Source: an uncultured Desulfatitalea sp. (GTDB lineage Bacteria; Desulfobacterota; Desulfobacteria; Desulfobacterales; Desulfosarcinaceae). Taken from it: a DNA stretch of 64,000 bases. A program made the translations under genes and the position numbers. Below are positions 40,372-50,048 of the stretch, piece by piece. The stretch spans positions 2,016,001 to 2,080,000 of the forward strand of contig CAXXMB010000002.1 of assembly GCA_963668675.2 (NCBI GenBank). Direction: 5' to 3'. The notes beneath the pieces are model-generated. The model worked only from the letters and a program-made list of their open reading frames with translations. It did not search any database and had not been told where the DNA came from. The stretch's first letter is position 1, and every line of letters begins with the position of its first letter.

Positions 40372-40773
40372 TCAGGCCACAGGGGATGCCGAATTGTCTA
40401 CCACAAATTGCTGAACGATATCGAAAAGGTCTTGAAGGGCGAAGGGGCGCGCCAGAAAAACATCCGCTCCCAGTTCGGTAGCGGCGATCTCATCGGCGGG
40501 ATTGGCGGACATGGCAATCAAACAGATTTCAGGGTATCTCTGCTTTATCTGGCGCAAAAGTTCGAAGCCGCTTTTACCGGGGAGATGTACGTCGGTGAAA
40601 ACCAGATGAACCTCTTTACCCGACTTCAGGTAGGCCTCGATATCGGCGGCATTTTCAAAAACGAGCACATCCCGGTTGACGCTGTACATCATCACATTGA
40701 CAATGAACTCCCGCGTCAGGCGGTCATGATCGACAACTGCGATTTGGACGTTGTCTACGATAGCTATCCTCAC
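40372..40773 (-). CDS. Single-domain response regulator (atypical)
   Basis: AVVDHD, FTDVHLPG..GFELL, MSA; conserved Lys replaced (FLARPF). Confidence 0.85.
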   Translation of the reverse strand: MRIAIVDNVQIAVVDHDRLTREFIVNVMMYSVNRDVLVFENAADIEAYLKSGKEVHLVFTDVHLPGKSGFELLRQIKQRYPEICLIAMSANPADEIAATELGADVFLARPFALQDLFDIVQQFVVDNSASPVA

Positions 40774-41189
40774 GCAACCCTGAGAAATGGCACATCGGAC
40801 AAGTGCAACTGCTCAGTTAGGTACCTGCTGATGTGGTCGACATTATCTGCCAGTGCCTGCAGCCGGAAACCTTCCAGGTGATGCCCCGATGCAAACGAGG
40901 TGGCCATCACTGCAAGCAACTGTACCCGTTGACAAAAAAAATGGGACAACAGATCGTCGGATTGCTCCTTTTTGTCTGTATCAACAGCGATACATCGATT
41001 TGAGTGGTGCAGGGATTGGTAGAAGACGAGACGGGCGTTTTCACTGATGGCGGATCTTCTCCTCTCTCCGACAGGGTATCCTTTCAGATACCCTTTGGCC
41101 ATAACGACCAACAGCTGCAGTCGCAAGAAAAAAATATCTTCATCCGCCATCGCACGCATCTCTTGTGTGGGTGCTCCACTTCGAACCAT
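40770..41189 (-). CDS. Hypothetical protein with two internal repeats
   Basis: FFLRLQLLVVMA...ISEN and FFCQRVQLLAVMA...LADN repeats; stop overlaps the start of the regulator. Confidence 0.7.
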   Translation of the reverse strand: MVRSGAPTQEMRAMADEDIFFLRLQLLVVMAKGYLKGYPVGERRRSAISENARLVFYQSLHHSNRCIAVDTDKKEQSDDLLSHFFCQRVQLLAVMATSFASGHHLEGFRLQALADNVDHISRYLTEQLHLSDVPFLRVA

Positions 41190-41497
41190 CTATCACTTCC
41201 TGTCATCATCGCAACGCAGGGCTGAATGCACCGCAAAGAACACTGGTTTTCTCTTATGTCATAGCGTCACTGTTCGTCAAGAGAAAGCAAAGAGATGTCT
41301 CGAATCAGACAGCTCTCGATACACACCTGGAAGTGCTTTTCCTACTGGGCTGACCACCATTTTTCCACCTATGGTAGCATTCGTCCTATCGATTGGCGAA
41401 TGGTTGACGCGGTGTTGATGCGTCTTACTTTTTAGTCTGTTTGGCCGGGGATGCACCTGGCCGGTATCAATTATCTCATGGCGTAAAGGAAAAGACG

Positions 41498-41701
41498 ATG
41501 GCATGCCCTCTGTGCAAATCCCAACAGTTTTATGTTAAGAATCCTGATGATAGCTTCGAGACTTATGATTTCGATCTTAAAAAGGGCCAAATCCAATTTG
41601 AAGATCCGGTTGGCGCACCAACACAGGACGAAGTCAAAAATGAGCGAGAGGTCTTCTGCCAACGTTGTGCATGGCATGGCCCTTACGATAATATCAAATA
41701 G
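41498..41701 (+). CDS. Small zinc-finger-like protein
   Basis: MACPLC...FCQRCAWHG (two CxxC); AAGGA RBS before ATG 41498. Confidence 0.75.
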   Translation: MACPLCKSQQFYVKNPDDSFETYDFDLKKGQIQFEDPVGAPTQDEVKNEREVFCQRCAWHGPYDNIK

Positions 41702-41882
41702 CGTCTAACCACACGGGGCAGAGACGCCTTCACCGGGATAAAAAGCTGGATTCCTTCTGAAAAATATGCCAATATCGGTGATATTCGGCTAATCACATCA
41801 CACATCACAAAATGCAACTCAAAGTAGCGGAGCGTCACCGATACGAAATCGGATGCTGAGCCGGTAAAGGCAATTCAATCGG

Positions 41883-42947
41883 ATGGGTAACAAACATCGT
41901 CGAACGCCCCTTTGGTGGTGTCTCCAGATTGTAATCTGGAGCCTCTTAAGTGTGCACGTCGCGGTTGCAGCGCCGCCTGAGACAGAAACCGTCTCCTCCT
42001 TACAAGCGGATCCGACGGGCCAAGCCAATGAACTGCCAACCATATACAAGAGGATCAGCAACGCCGTAGACCTCTCCGTCGGCCTCAGCGCCGGCCTGCG
42101 CTTTGACGAATTCAAGTGGTCCATTGCAGGCAACTCCGGTGGCACAAGCCCCAACATCCTCTCCGAACTGGAGTGGGACCAGGTCTTGAGCCACCAGCTC
42201 AGCATGGGCGGAACACTTGAGGTGAAACGCCGGTTCTACTGCCGCGGCCAGGGCAACATCGCCTGGATACAAAGCGGTAGCGTTCGCGACTCGGACTATG
42301 ACGGCGATGACCGCACCCTTGAGTATTCACGATCGACGAGTGAAACCAATGGAGACGAGATGTACGATCTGGTGGTCGGCGCCGGCTACCCCATTCACCT
42401 CCTGCGGGATCGTCTCTTCCTGGCCCCTTTGACAGGTATCTCATACCACGTCCAAAATTTCCGAATCACCAATGGTGAACAAGTTATCAGTGATCCTCCC
42501 CGTACGCCCCCGGTCGGCCCACTGGACAGCCGACTGAACAGCACTTACAGCGCACACTGGTTCGGCCTCTGGGCCGGATGCGACCTGCGCTATCTGATGG
42601 AGACGCCAAATCAGGAGACCCCGCCCATCGTATGGGAGCTGAGTCTGATGTACCACTTCCTGGGCGACTATTCGGCCGAAGCGGACTGGAACCTAAGGGG
42701 AGATCTGGCCCACCCTAAAAGTTTTGAGCACGATGCCGACGCTGAGGGAATCTCCTTGACCATGAAGTGCCAAATCCCCATCAACCAAAAAGTGGGCATC
42801 CACCTCATGGCCAACTTTACCCGCTGGACCACCGATGAGGGCGACGCCACCATCTATGAGACCAGTGGTACGAGCCATACCCAACTCAACGACGTCGAAT
42901 GGGAGACCCACAGCGTTATGGTTGGGGTCGACTGCCTCTTTTTCTAA
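41883..42947 (+). CDS. Outer-membrane beta-barrel, omptin-like fold
   Basis: Signal peptide, amphipathic strands, SELEW and RDSDY motifs, C-terminal Phe. Confidence 0.75.
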   Translation: MGNKHRRTPLWWCLQIVIWSLLSVHVAVAAPPETETVSSLQADPTGQANELPTIYKRISNAVDLSVGLSAGLRFDEFKWSIAGNSGGTSPNILSELEWDQVLSHQLSMGGTLEVKRRFYCRGQGNIAWIQSGSVRDSDYDGDDRTLEYSRSTSETNGDEMYDLVVGAGYPIHLLRDRLFLAPLTGISYHVQNFRITNGEQVISDPPRTPPVGPLDSRLNSTYSAHWFGLWAGCDLRYLMETPNQETPPIVWELSLMYHFLGDYSAEADWNLRGDLAHPKSFEHDADAEGISLTMKCQIPINQKVGIHLMANFTRWTTDEGDATIYETSGTSHTQLNDVEWETHSVMVGVDCLFF

Positions 42948-43066
42948 TACCGCCGAACATCACATCACAGCGCCGCGTTTGTGGCCAACGATCTGACGAC
43001 CCAACGGTTGCAATCCCGAGCCCTTCGACTTAACTTAACAAGATACCAAGCAATGCACAGGCGAGG

Positions 43067-43594
43067 ATGACGATGCATATCAGAACCATGATCTGCCTCA
43101 CACTGGTGTTGGGGGCTACCGCCTGCTCGGTCATGCCGGCAGATGTCTCAAAAGATGCCATGCCCGAAATACCCTTTGCCCAACTGATCCGGGAAGCCGA
43201 AAGGCACAGGGGAGAGACGGTGGTGCTCGGCGGGTATGTGGTCGAAGTTACCAACCTGAAACAGCAGAGTCTGATGATTGCGGTGCAGGCACCATTAAGA
43301 AACACGCAGGAGCCGAAAACCAAAGATCTCTCCCAAGGGCGGCTCGTGATCAACTATCAGGGGTTTCTCGACCCTGAAGTCTATCAAAAAGATCGAAAAA
43401 TCACGGTTGCCGGCAAGGTCATGGCCAGTTCGCAGACGGAACAGGATACATACCCGTATCCCTATCTGCGCATCGATCTGACCCATATCCACCTGTGGCC
43501 TGTTGAGAAACCGGTGCCTTACGATCCCTACTGGGATCCCTGGGGGCCGCGATACCGATATGACCCGTATTGGCGCCACCCCTATTGGTGGTAA
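43067..43594 (+). CDS. Slp family outer-membrane lipoprotein
   Basis: Lipobox ATAC, VVLGG, SQGR, FLDPEVY..DRKITVAG, YPY...HLWP, Pro/Tyr/Trp-rich tail. Confidence 0.9.
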   Translation: MTMHIRTMICLTLVLGATACSVMPADVSKDAMPEIPFAQLIREAERHRGETVVLGGYVVEVTNLKQQSLMIAVQAPLRNTQEPKTKDLSQGRLVINYQGFLDPEVYQKDRKITVAGKVMASSQTEQDTYPYPYLRIDLTHIHLWPVEKPVPYDPYWDPWGPRYRYDPYWRHPYWW

Positions 43595-43678
43595 TCGAAG
43601 ATGGGAACAGAGCACCTTGGCACGTGCCCCATCCAAGGGCGCGATCCACGAATAACTGTCAACTCACGGGAAATTGAA

Positions 43679-44179
43679 ATGAGACAAAAAAACCATTTGA
43701 TATGGGGCGTAGGACTTGTTCTGTTATGGTTGGTCGGCTGTGGCGGGGGCATCTCAAAACAGATCCGTTCACAAGTCACCTATTCGGGATCGTTCAAGGC
43801 GCTTCAAAAAGCCCCGCAAGAACAGATTGGCACCACAGTGATTTTCGGTGGCAAAATCATCGCCATCGAACCCAAAGACGACCGTACAGAGCTGCTGGTG
43901 CTGCAGCTGCCCCTTGATGCATCGGATAGGCCCGAAGATAACGGCCAATCGGACGGGCGCTTTATTCTGAGTTCTCGGCAGTTCGTCGACCCGGCCCTCT
44001 ATCCGAAAGGATCACTGATCACCGCAGTCGGGCAGCTCGAAGCGAGTGAAGAGAGGCTCATCGGCCAAATGCCCTACCGATACCCGGTAATTGCCCCGCT
44101 GGAGATAAAAAAGTGGCCGCCCCGGACCGACAGCGGTCCCCGATTCCATATCGGCATCGGCGTGGGAAAAACCTTCTGA
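43679..44179 (+). CDS. Slp family outer-membrane lipoprotein
   Basis: Lipobox LVGC, VIFGGKII, SDGRF, FVDPALY..G.LITAVG, YRYP. Confidence 0.9.
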   Translation: MRQKNHLIWGVGLVLLWLVGCGGGISKQIRSQVTYSGSFKALQKAPQEQIGTTVIFGGKIIAIEPKDDRTELLVLQLPLDASDRPEDNGQSDGRFILSSRQFVDPALYPKGSLITAVGQLEASEERLIGQMPYRYPVIAPLEIKKWPPRTDSGPRFHIGIGVGKTF

Positions 44180-44353
44180 GCCATCGTCTGTTGTTCCTAT
44201 GGAACAGTAACGGGGAAGCCAGAGGAAAAACCAAGTAAAGAGAGGCCTGCCGATCAACGGCGCTGAATGAATAGGCACGCCCTTGCAGTTTCCAAAGCAA
44301 TGGGATATTTCAAAAAACAGATGCCATTTAAGGCAGGACAAAGGAGATGCGGC

Positions 44354-44653
44354 ATGAAGATCACAAATGAGATACCACCTGTCTACGCCAAACAGGCCAT
44401 CGCACCAGGACAGTCTGTTGAAAAGCCCGCGGAGACCCAGCTGGCAGATACGAAGGGCGCAGACCGGGTTAACATCTCAGCCAAAGCCCGCGAGCTGCAA
44501 GCCGCGCAGCAGGCCGTACGACAAATGCCCGAAATCGACATGGAAAAGGTGGCAAAGATCAAAGCACAACTCGAAGAGGGCACCTACCACGTCGACGCCC
44601 AAAAGACGGCTGCAACCATTCTGGCCGAGTCACTGATCCGTCAAAATGATTGA
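44354..44653 (+). CDS. flgM: Anti-sigma28 factor FlgM
   Basis: MKI start, DRVNIS, EKVAKIKAQLEEGTYHVDA; AAGGAG RBS. Confidence 0.88.
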   Translation: MKITNEIPPVYAKQAIAPGQSVEKPAETQLADTKGADRVNISAKARELQAAQQAVRQMPEIDMEKVAKIKAQLEEGTYHVDAQKTAATILAESLIRQND

Positions 44654-44688
44654 TCCCGGACCACACTGGCACCACGGAGGATGACCGC

Positions 44689-45093
44689 ATGCGCAGGAGT
44701 CCCATATTACTGTATTTCCTCGGCCTGGCCGTGCTGCTGATATCAGCCTGCAGCTCGACCGCAGAGAATCGTTCGCTAAAGACGTATGACCCATTGATCC
44801 GGGCCGGTTTCGTAGTGCGTGAAGCGGACACGCCCCGAAAGCTCGAAATCGTACGAACGCTTCCCCAGAGGACCGTGGTGCCGTTCAGTTATCAAGGCCG
44901 GCAACTCTATATCTACGCCATGGAGTCGTGCCAATGCGCTTATGTGGGAGAAGAGGAAAATTATGCCCGGCTTACCCACGCCATTCGTGAAGATCAACCG
45001 GATAAGCGCTCCCTCTATAGCATCTCTCCAGAACACCTGCTGCTGACCCCCGGCATCGATGACGATCAGCTGTCGTTCATTCTCGGCCGATAG
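44689..45093 (+). CDS. Hypothetical lipoprotein
   Basis: Lipobox ISAC; CQCAYVG motif. Confidence 0.7.
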   Translation: MRRSPILLYFLGLAVLLISACSSTAENRSLKTYDPLIRAGFVVREADTPRKLEIVRTLPQRTVVPFSYQGRQLYIYAMESCQCAYVGEEENYARLTHAIREDQPDKRSLYSISPEHLLLTPGIDDDQLSFILGR

Positions 45094-45119
45094 CGCCAAC
45101 CAGATCCAAATCTGTTCAC

Positions 45120-45164
45120 AAAAAAAACCCTGCGGTGCAGGCAGCGCCGCAGGGTTTCTCTTTC
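45120..45164. terminator. Bidirectional terminator between convergent genes
   Basis: A-run, AAACCCTGCGGTGC-aggca-GCGCCGCAGGGTTT, then pyrimidine-rich tail. Confidence 0.8.
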
Positions 45165-45185
45165 TATCGATTTTAAATACCCGAA

Positions 45186-46823
45186 CTATCGGGTGAGAAT
45201 CTTTTTCGCAAGTTCGTCATTGACATCAGAGCAGTGCGTGATGCCCGTCTCTTTCGCGGTCTCGCGGTTGGCTGAAAAGATGTCACCGCGGGTAAGCTGG
45301 TTCAGGGAGAATTTCCGCGCGCCGGCCATCAGTTGCTGCAACCCGCAGGAGAGTTTGTCGGCCATGGTCCAGAAAGCCATCGCACCGTAAGGGATCTTCT
45401 TCATTTCGTCCTTGCCGATCTTCTTCTGAATGTCGAAGTAGCAGGCAAAGATTTCGTCCGGGGTAGCGCCAAGATCTGCCACGGTCTTAGGCAGTCGCTC
45501 CCAGTTACCACTCACCGCCTCTTTGCGCTCCGGATGCAGCGCGCCCTCAATATTGGCCCCCAGATACCCGGGAATCATCACAGCCCGGCCCATGCAGACC
45601 ATCTTGGTATACGGTGCACCCAAGGCCAGTGCCTTGAAAATGCTGTCCTCCAAAGCAAATCCGCCGGCAAAGGAGAGATCCACCACCCGCGCCCCCTGGG
45701 CTGCCAGGATGCTGGCATATTCATATGCCTTAGAGTGCAAATTGATAGAGGGGACACCCCAGCTCTGCATCATGTTCCACGGGCTCATGCCGGTGCCGCC
45801 GCCCGAGCCGTCGATGGTCAACAAATCCATCTTGGCGTCGGTGGCAAACTTGATGGCCATGGCCAACTCTTCCATGCCGTATGAACCGGTCTTGAGGGAG
45901 ATGCGCTTAAAGCCCAGGCTGCGCAGGTAATCCACGCTCTTCATGAAATCCTCACGTACCAGATCCACATTGTCCAGATTGGTGCCGCCGAGACGGCTAT
46001 GCCGGGCAAACGAACGGATGGCGCCCTTTTCAAAGGCCTCCTGTACCTCTTTCAGTTCAGGATTGGGATCGACCACATAGCCGCGCTTCTTCAAAAAGAG
46101 GGCATAATCGATGCTGGTCACCTGGATCTCCCCGCCGATATCCTTGGCCCCTTGGCCCCACTTGAGTTCGATGATGCATTTGTCGCCGTATTTTTCGGCT
46201 ACATATTCGGCCACACCGTTGCGCGTATCTTCCACGTTCATCTGAACAAAAATACCGCCGTAGCCATCAAAATAGCGAAGGTAGGTATTGATGCGTCGGT
46301 CCAGTTCAGGCGCCTTGGAAATTTTACCCTTTTTGATCTCCGACTCACGGTCGACGCCGACCACATTTTCGCCGATAACGATAGGCATTCCCACCAGGGC
46401 GCCGCCCACGGCAAAAGCGTCCCAGTACTTGGCGGCGATGAAGGTGGATCCCAGAGCGCCGGTCATCAACGGGATTCGGGCTTTGGTCTTCACTTCGTTG
46501 CCGAACTCGGTAGTGAGATCCACATTGGGAAAGATGCAGTCATCCGGATCGTTGGACAGATTACCCCTGAGGCCGTGCGCGCCATAGGCATAGCCTTGTA
46601 TCCGCAATGAATTGTAGGAGACACCCACATGCGTGGTGTTGTCGGCGCCGGCGGTAACCAAACCGAAATCGCGCGGGTAGAGCAGTTTGCGGCCCACCAG
46701 GCTGGACATCCAGGTTTCACATTTGCCTTCGCAATCGGCGCGGCACAGGGTACACAGACCAGACTCGGCCACATTGCCGCGGTTCACGGTCCCTAGTACA
46801 TCATTTCTTTTGTCAAAACGCAT
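45186..46823 (-). CDS. Stand-alone FMN-binding glutamate synthase family protein
   Basis: IELKWGQGAKDIGG, SLKTG, TIDGSGGGTG, AGG, KALALGA, MGRA; N-terminal CTLC..DC..KC cluster. Confidence 0.88.
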   Translation of the reverse strand: MRFDKRNDVLGTVNRGNVAESGLCTLCRADCEGKCETWMSSLVGRKLLYPRDFGLVTAGADNTTHVGVSYNSLRIQGYAYGAHGLRGNLSNDPDDCIFPNVDLTTEFGNEVKTKARIPLMTGALGSTFIAAKYWDAFAVGGALVGMPIVIGENVVGVDRESEIKKGKISKAPELDRRINTYLRYFDGYGGIFVQMNVEDTRNGVAEYVAEKYGDKCIIELKWGQGAKDIGGEIQVTSIDYALFLKKRGYVVDPNPELKEVQEAFEKGAIRSFARHSRLGGTNLDNVDLVREDFMKSVDYLRSLGFKRISLKTGSYGMEELAMAIKFATDAKMDLLTIDGSGGGTGMSPWNMMQSWGVPSINLHSKAYEYASILAAQGARVVDLSFAGGFALEDSIFKALALGAPYTKMVCMGRAVMIPGYLGANIEGALHPERKEAVSGNWERLPKTVADLGATPDEIFACYFDIQKKIGKDEMKKIPYGAMAFWTMADKLSCGLQQLMAGARKFSLNQLTRGDIFSANRETAKETGITHCSDVNDELAKKILTR

Positions 46824-46920
46824 GCTGTCTCCTCCTTAAACGTTGATGTCGCCAGTAGTGAAACCGGCGCTTGATTGACGTAAAAATCCGGTTGGGGATC
46901 CCGAAATTTTTTCCACTCCA

Positions 46921-46980
46921 TACAAAACAGCAAAGGCACCTATCCCTGTCTGGGGATGAAGCGATACACAGACGCCTTTG
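46921..46980 (-). terminator. Leader terminator overlapping the last ANTAR hairpin
   Basis: Minus strand CAAAGGCGUCU pairs with AGGUGCCUUUG, followed by CUGUUUUG. Confidence 0.7.
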
Positions 46981-47060
46981 TCTTTGATGGGAAGTTTTTA
47001 GCGCACCACGATGTGCGAAAGGTAGGCGGAGGCCCGGCGGCTGGTCTTCGTTGACAAGCC
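46970..47060 (-). promoter_or_regulatory. ANTAR target RNA leader (three hexaloop hairpins)
   Basis: GTC-AACGAA-GAC (47039-47060), CGCAC-ATCGTG-GTGCG (47002-47017), AGAC-AAAGGC-GTCT (46970-46983); each loop has A1 and G4. Confidence 0.8.
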
Positions 47061-47080
47061 AAACTAAACTTAATCAACCA

Positions 47081-47109
47081 TTTTTAGTTTCACTAATGTA
47101 TTTAGTCAA
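47081..47109 (-). promoter_or_regulatory. Putative sigma70 promoter driving the ANTAR leader
   Basis: Minus strand TTGACT-N17-TAAAAA about 20 nt upstream of the first hairpin. Confidence 0.5.
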
Positions 47110-47230
47110 GAAAAAACAGACAGCGGTTTTTGTTCAGCCCCTGTTGATTAAATTGGAAAAAATTCAGTTCGGCTAAATAAACCGGGAAAGTATTTATGCC
47201 AGCCTTAGTTGATTCGTTACATCAAATGCC

Positions 47231-47953
47231 CTATTGGTTTGAATTCAGCTCTTCGGAAAGCAGCACGGCCTCGGCCACACGGCGCATGGATTTGCGCGAA
47301 TCCATGCTCTTTTTACGCAACCAACGATAGGCTTGATCACCCGTCAGGCTCATGCGCTGCATCAGAATCTCTTTGGCGCGTTCAACCTGCTTGCGGGTCT
47401 CGAGTTCCTCTTGAATTACCTGGGTCTTCACCATCAGTTCGGTGTTCAGGATGGCCACCGCCGCCTGGTTGGCCACCGCAGTGAGCAGATTGACCTCGGT
47501 ATGGGAAAATTCGTAACTCTCCATGGTGAAGCAGTTGAGTACCCCGATCACCTTCTCATCCTTGAGAAGCAGAGGCACACCGACCATCGACACCAACCCC
47601 ATCTGCTTGGCCATCTCCTTCTCTTTGAAACGGCGGTTGCGCATGACACTTTTGATAATCAGCGGTTTGCGGTGGGTAGCCACATATCCGACCACCCCCT
47701 CGTCCAGGTTGAGGCTACGGTCTTTCACATACTCGGGGGCAATGGCCTGAGTGGCTTTCAGACGAATCTTGGGCGGACTGACCGTCTCGTCGATCAACCA
47801 GAGAGAGCAAATATCCACCCCGGTAACCTTGGCCGTAACCATGACAATCAGCTTAAGCAGATCCTCCAGGTAGATATCCGATGTGATGGCATGGCTGATA
47901 TCGGTCAGCGCCTGGATATAGTCATCGTATGTTTGGCTCAGGATTTTATCCAT
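47231..47953 (-). CDS. GAF-ANTAR RNA-binding antiterminator
   Basis: GAF (GVVGYVA, SMVGVPL, VIGVLN, ANQAAVAI) plus ANTAR (LETRKQVERAKEILM...AYRWLRKKSMDSRKSMRRVAEAV). Confidence 0.93.
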   Translation of the reverse strand: MDKILSQTYDDYIQALTDISHAITSDIYLEDLLKLIVMVTAKVTGVDICSLWLIDETVSPPKIRLKATQAIAPEYVKDRSLNLDEGVVGYVATHRKPLIIKSVMRNRRFKEKEMAKQMGLVSMVGVPLLLKDEKVIGVLNCFTMESYEFSHTEVNLLTAVANQAAVAILNTELMVKTQVIQEELETRKQVERAKEILMQRMSLTGDQAYRWLRKKSMDSRKSMRRVAEAVLLSEELNSNQ

Positions 47954-48118
47954 TTAAATAAAATTGTTTCCCTGTGCATTGCGGTTAGGTCAAAGGACGT
48001 TTATTTTAAACTGTCGAAATAACCAAATACCAGTTCGAACTATATTCGTAAACAGACTTAAAATTCAAGGGGGCACGCCAAAACCCTATCGAGCAGACCT
48101 CACAGCGAGGAGTCCAAC

Positions 48119-48640
48119 ATGGCCAAACGCCTTTTGATTGTTATCGACATGCTGAACGATTTCATCCAGAGCGATGGCGCCCTCTTCTGCGGTGATACGG
48201 CCCAGGCGATCGTGCCGTTCATCCAGGAGCGACTGACCTGCTACCGCGAAAATGGTGACCCGGTCATCTATCTGCAGGATGCCCATTCGCCCGACGACAA
48301 GGAGTTCGATCGATTTCCGCCACACTGCGTGGCCGGCACATCGGGCAGCGACATCATCGAACCGCTGGCCCCGCACCCCGGCGAGACCGTGCTGCCCAAA
48401 ACCCGCTACAGCGGCTTTTACCGAACCGATCTGGATAAGATCCTGGCAGAAATACAACCCGATGAGGTCGAGGTGGTCGGGGTGTGCACCTCCATATGCG
48501 TCATGGATACCGTGGGCGGACTCGCCAACCGGGACTACGCCGTTCATGTGCCGAAAAAAGGGGTGGCCGATTTCGACGAACAGTTCCACACCTTTGCACT
48601 CAAGCGCATGCAACAGCTCTATGGGGCTCGGCTCTCATGA
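48119..48640 (+). CDS. pncA: Nicotinamidase (cysteine hydrolase family)
   Basis: IDMLNDF, QDAH, PPHC, KTRYSGF, GVCTSICV; coupled to pncB. Confidence 0.85.
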   Translation: MAKRLLIVIDMLNDFIQSDGALFCGDTAQAIVPFIQERLTCYRENGDPVIYLQDAHSPDDKEFDRFPPHCVAGTSGSDIIEPLAPHPGETVLPKTRYSGFYRTDLDKILAEIQPDEVEVVGVCTSICVMDTVGGLANRDYAVHVPKKGVADFDEQFHTFALKRMQQLYGARLS

Positions 48641-49962
48641 CATTTCCAGGACCGCTTTTCACCGACCTGTACGAACTGACCATGGCGGCCACCTACTTCG
48701 ATAGCGGGGTCACTGGCCAGGGAACCTTCTCCCTCTTTGCGCGCCGAGATCCCCAGCGCGGCTACTTCGTCAGTGCTGGAACTGAGACGGCTCTCGACTT
48801 TCTGGAAAAATTTCAGTTCGAAGAGACAGATCTTGCCTACCTGCGCCGTTTGGATCTCTTTTCAGATGACTTTTTAAATCACCTCGCCACACTGCGCTTT
48901 ACCGGCGACGTGTGGGCGATGCCCGAAGGCACACCCTTTTTCGGTGATGAACCCATTATTGAGGTGACCGCACCAATCATCCAGGGCCAGTTGATTGAAA
49001 CCTATCTTATCAACACCGTGGGCCTGGCCAGCATGATCGCCACCAAAGCCGCCCGATGCGTGCACGCTGCCCAGGGACGGAGCCTCATCGATTTCTCCCT
49101 GCGCCGCACCCAGGGGGTGGATGCAGGCCTGGCCGCAGCCCGGAGCACCTATCTGGCCGGATTCGATGCCACCAGCAACGTACTGGCCGGCCAGAAAGAA
49201 GCCATTCCCGTGGCCGGCACCATGGCCCACTCGTTTGTGTTGGCGTTCGACAATGAAATCGAAGCGTTTCGGGCCTATGCACGCCTCTTCCCCCAACAGA
49301 CCGTCCTGCTCATCGACACCTACGACACCATCCAGGGCGCCTACCACGCCGTGCAAGTGGCCTTGGAGATGGCCACCACAGGGGACCGACTCAGAGGGGT
49401 CCGACTGGACAGCGGTGACATGATCGAGTTGAGCCGCCAGGTTCGCCACATTTTTGACGATGCGGGTTTTAAAGATGTGAGGATATTCGCAAGCGGTGGG
49501 TTCGATGAGTATGGCGTGTCCGAGGCACTGGCCAAAGAGGCCCCGATCGATGCTTTCGGCGTCGGCACCAAGGTTGGCGTATCCGCAGATGCACCCTATA
49601 TGGACATGGTCTACAAGCTGACTCAATTCGACACGCGACCGGTCCGTAAACTCTCCGAGGCAAAAGCGACCCTGGCAGGTGCAAAGCAGGTTTATCGCCG
49701 CTCATCCTCCAAAACCGGCCAGTATGTCGAGGATATCATTTCGCTGCGTGAAGAACCCATCGATGACGCCGCCCCCCTCCTCAAGCCAGTGATGCAGTCG
49801 GGGCGTCGCCTCGAACCAGCACCTTTCCTGTCGCAAACCAGAGATGCCTTTCAGGATCGTTTCAAAACCCTGCCCGCCTCTTTCAAAGCGTTGGCGAACC
49901 CCGCCATCTATCCTGTCCTGGTGAGTGACGGATTGAAGGCGCTGCAACAACAGATACCGTAA
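48637..49962 (+). CDS. pncB: Nicotinate phosphoribosyltransferase
   Basis: LFTDLYELTM, DFSLRR, ATSNV, GTMAHS, LIDTYD, GVRLDSGD, FGVGT, VYKL; ATG 48637. Confidence 0.96.
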   Translation: MTFPGPLFTDLYELTMAATYFDSGVTGQGTFSLFARRDPQRGYFVSAGTETALDFLEKFQFEETDLAYLRRLDLFSDDFLNHLATLRFTGDVWAMPEGTPFFGDEPIIEVTAPIIQGQLIETYLINTVGLASMIATKAARCVHAAQGRSLIDFSLRRTQGVDAGLAAARSTYLAGFDATSNVLAGQKEAIPVAGTMAHSFVLAFDNEIEAFRAYARLFPQQTVLLIDTYDTIQGAYHAVQVALEMATTGDRLRGVRLDSGDMIELSRQVRHIFDDAGFKDVRIFASGGFDEYGVSEALAKEAPIDAFGVGTKVGVSADAPYMDMVYKLTQFDTRPVRKLSEAKATLAGAKQVYRRSSSKTGQYVEDIISLREEPIDDAAPLLKPVMQSGRRLEPAPFLSQTRDAFQDRFKTLPASFKALANPAIYPVLVSDGLKALQQQIP

Positions 49963-49998
49963 AAAACCGGCCGGGGAATTGGATCTACCCCGGCCGGT
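49962..49998. terminator. Terminator hairpin between convergent pncB and hsp20
   Basis: A-run then ACCGGCCGGGG...CCCCGGCCGGT. Confidence 0.7.
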
Positions 49999-50048
49999 CG
50001 TTGATTGCAGGTACCCGGCTCTATCCCGGCCTTCAGGTCAGCGGCAGG

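Noticed and set aside
44273..44287. Sigma54-like AGGCACGCCCTTGCA upstream of flgM
   Set aside because: GG to GC spacing is 9, not the required 10.
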